DNA from: Chlorokybus atmophyticus
Taxonomy: Eukaryota > Plantae > Mesostigma and Chlorokybus algae
DNA: 64,000 bases
Assembly (NCBI GenBank): GCA_009103225.1
Contig: RHPI01000773.1
Location: 517,990 to 581,989, forward strand
Direction of reading: 5' to 3'
Shown here: one piece after another, positions 61,955-64,000 of the stretch
How positions within the stretch are numbered: the first letter of the stretch is position 1
Layout: each line of letters opens with the position of its first letter
Notes under the pieces: generated by a model
The model's input: the letters and a program-made list of their open reading frames with translations, nothing else
What the model was told of the DNA's origin: nothing
Database searches by the model: none
Made by a program: the position numbers and the translations under genes

Positions 61955-63920
61955 TGTCCGGCCTGGCAGGGTCGTGTGCCCCTCCAGGTCGCTCCCAACT
62001 GTATTGCCACGATGGGGAATGAAGCTAGCCTTGTGGACTGGTTGTGTAGCTGCACAGTATGGAAGGCAAAGAATCCCCCCCTGTATGTACCTACTTGTGG
62101 GGAACACACATGTGAGGCTCATGACATGTGGAACGATGTGGTGCTGTGCGCTCTGAGTGATGAGAGAGTGTGGCTGGTAATGCTAACAAGAGCAAGTCAA
62201 CAAGCCACTACTAGAGGTAATGCTGCTTATTCAGTTCCTTCAATGAGGTCAAGATAATTCCACTGTTAAGTGAGGTGTATGAATGCGGCAACTCGTGGAT
62301 ACCACACTTTGATGCGGACCACACAACGTGCACCCACACAACCACAATCACATCAATTGACAAGCAATGCACGTGTGCATACACTGCATTCTCTCACGTG
62401 TAGATGTGTGTTGGCCGGGCCGGTGAGGTGATGCAGTCACATCAAGCCACAACCTTTATAGACCAAGTCCCGAGCACTCCAAAGATCAACATCCGTACTT
62501 CTTAGTTCCAAGTCTTTCAGCTCTCACTTACACTGTCATCAATGTACAGAGACTAAGTCCTAAGTGTTATAGTCAAATGACAACTGTTCAGTTTTAAGAT
62601 AACGGCTAGTTTACAAAAATGACCTAAATCAAGCCTAAGTCAGCACTCGCAACGGGTCAGCTAGTACGAATTATGTCAAGCCTACGAAGACTGCATGATG
62701 ACTGCTTCGTGTCGCATGGGATTCATGCCGGTAGCCGGGGTCGAGGTCTAGCTATAGACATGACTACTCAAAAGGAATGTCGATGCTGGTAGCATGGGAA
62801 CGACGCCTGGCTGTAGGCATCAGCGAGGAAGTTGGCCCCGCCTGGACTGCTGGTATGACAGCCGTCGGGCCTGGCAGGGTCGTGTGCCCCTCCAAGTCGC
62901 TCCCAACTGTATTGCCATGGGGAATGAAATCAGCCTTGTGGACTGCTGGTTGTGTAGCTGCACAGTACGGAAGGCAAAGAATACCCCCCTGTCTGTACCT
63001 ACTTGTGGGGAACACACATGTGAGGCTGATGACATGTGGTACGATGTGGTGCTGTGCGCTCTTAGTGATGACAGTGCGTGGCTGACAATGCTAACGAGAG
63101 CAAGTAAACGAGCCACCCCTCCTGTGAACTGGGGAAGTCCCTGCTCCAGTGAGCAGTCTTCATCGAGAGTGAGGAGGACCACGAACGCAGCAGTTCTCAC
63201 ACCAATATGCCTCAAGAGGCACAGTGTCTTCTTATGGGTCGAGGCAGTAGCAGTGCATACCGTTGTTGCAGCCGTTGCACAACAAAACGAGTGTGTCGTC
63301 GTCGGCACTGCCGCACTTCTTGCGACGCTTGCTGCGACTGGGTCGAGGGTGTTGAATGACGTCAAAGCCTGCGATGTGCGGCAGGTGACATGGAGAGCAG
63401 GTCGCCATGGTGTCCTTGAGGCGTTTGCCGTTGTTGCCGAGCAAATCCAGCACTCCAGAGGGGAGTACCTTCAGGACCTGGTAGACGACACGCTTAACAC
63501 TGATGTCAAGAGTGTCCTTGGTTTGGATCATGCCGTAGACATAGTCGCCCGCTTCGAAGCGGCGATTGCGCTGTTTGTAGAACCCACTGCGGACGCGTTC
63601 ATAGCGCAGTGTGTCTCGGTGCTGAGCGATGCGGAGATTGCCCATAGCTATGGGGATGACGTGTGCGAACAGGTAGGCGCGCTGTTGCATATCGTGCAGC
63701 ATAGCCACAGGTTTGTTAAGGTTGTCTAGCACGCATTCCACTTCCTCTTGTGCGCAGAAGGGGAGTAAGGGTTCCCTACCAAACAACAGCTGATGCGGGA
63801 TGTACATGCGCATGGAAGCTTGCCTGGACAGTAGATAGCCCAAGGCTATCCATGGGAGGTAGTTATCCCAGGTGCGCTTTTTATGATTGATGACGTACTT
63901 GCGCAAGGCATTCTTAACAC
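61955..63920 (-). mobile_element. Gypsy-type element 'C', 3' end (integrase C-terminus and PHD, PPT, B1-GC-A2-B2)
   Basis: KNALRKYVINH...PWIALGY...CSPCHLP...CGSADDDTLVLLCNGCNNGMHCYC; PPT 63116-63123; B1 62863-63115; GC 62861-62862; A2 62197-62860; B2 61955-62207 ending GACA; integrase joined to unrelated sequence at ~63920. Confidence 0.88.
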
Positions 63921-64000
63921 ATGGCGCCTGCAGTGCGTGCCGTTCACGGCACAAGCAGTCAACTTCTTCGGCGCAGACGGCACAACCAGGCTGTGCCGTC

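Noticed and set aside
1-64000. CRISPR arrays, rRNA or tRNA genes
   Set aside because: No regularly spaced repeat-spacer arrays or recognisable structural RNA genes seen

Overview
Eukaryotic, intron-containing, transposon-dominated DNA, probably from an alga. The host is an inference: a charophyte or other streptophyte alga would fit the DNMT-bearing Gypsy elements. Left third: a Plavaka-like DNA transposase gene faces a decayed multi-domain gene (OTU, RING-like, Cys-rich finger, Tudor, bacterial/phage-type C5 methyltransferase). This region was hit by a Ty1/copia element (5-bp TSD CTTAC) and an L1/Tx1 LINE (10-bp TSD), and then an ~18.3-kb inversion (1261-19520) cut the copia RT in two. Middle and right: two paralogous membrane class III nucleotide cyclase genes, a decayed tyrosine-recombinase retrotransposon, and three Ty3/Gypsy-type elements. 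Two of these show the full PR-DNMT-RT-RH-INT-PHD pol; only the INT-PHD end of the third is in the window. Main discovery: these Gypsy elements lack conventional LTRs. They use split direct repeats, A1-internal-PPT-B1-GC-A2-B2, with TGTC...GACA termini and 4-bp TSDs. They also have a palindromic internal CA-GC-TG junction, 11-13 nt short repeats just before the PBS and just after the PPT, and a Tf1-like self-priming signal instead of a tRNA PBS. This points to a DDE-integrase retrotransposon that integrates from a circular intermediate; that mechanism is inferred. All protein-family calls come from motif recognition by eye, and no database searches were run.
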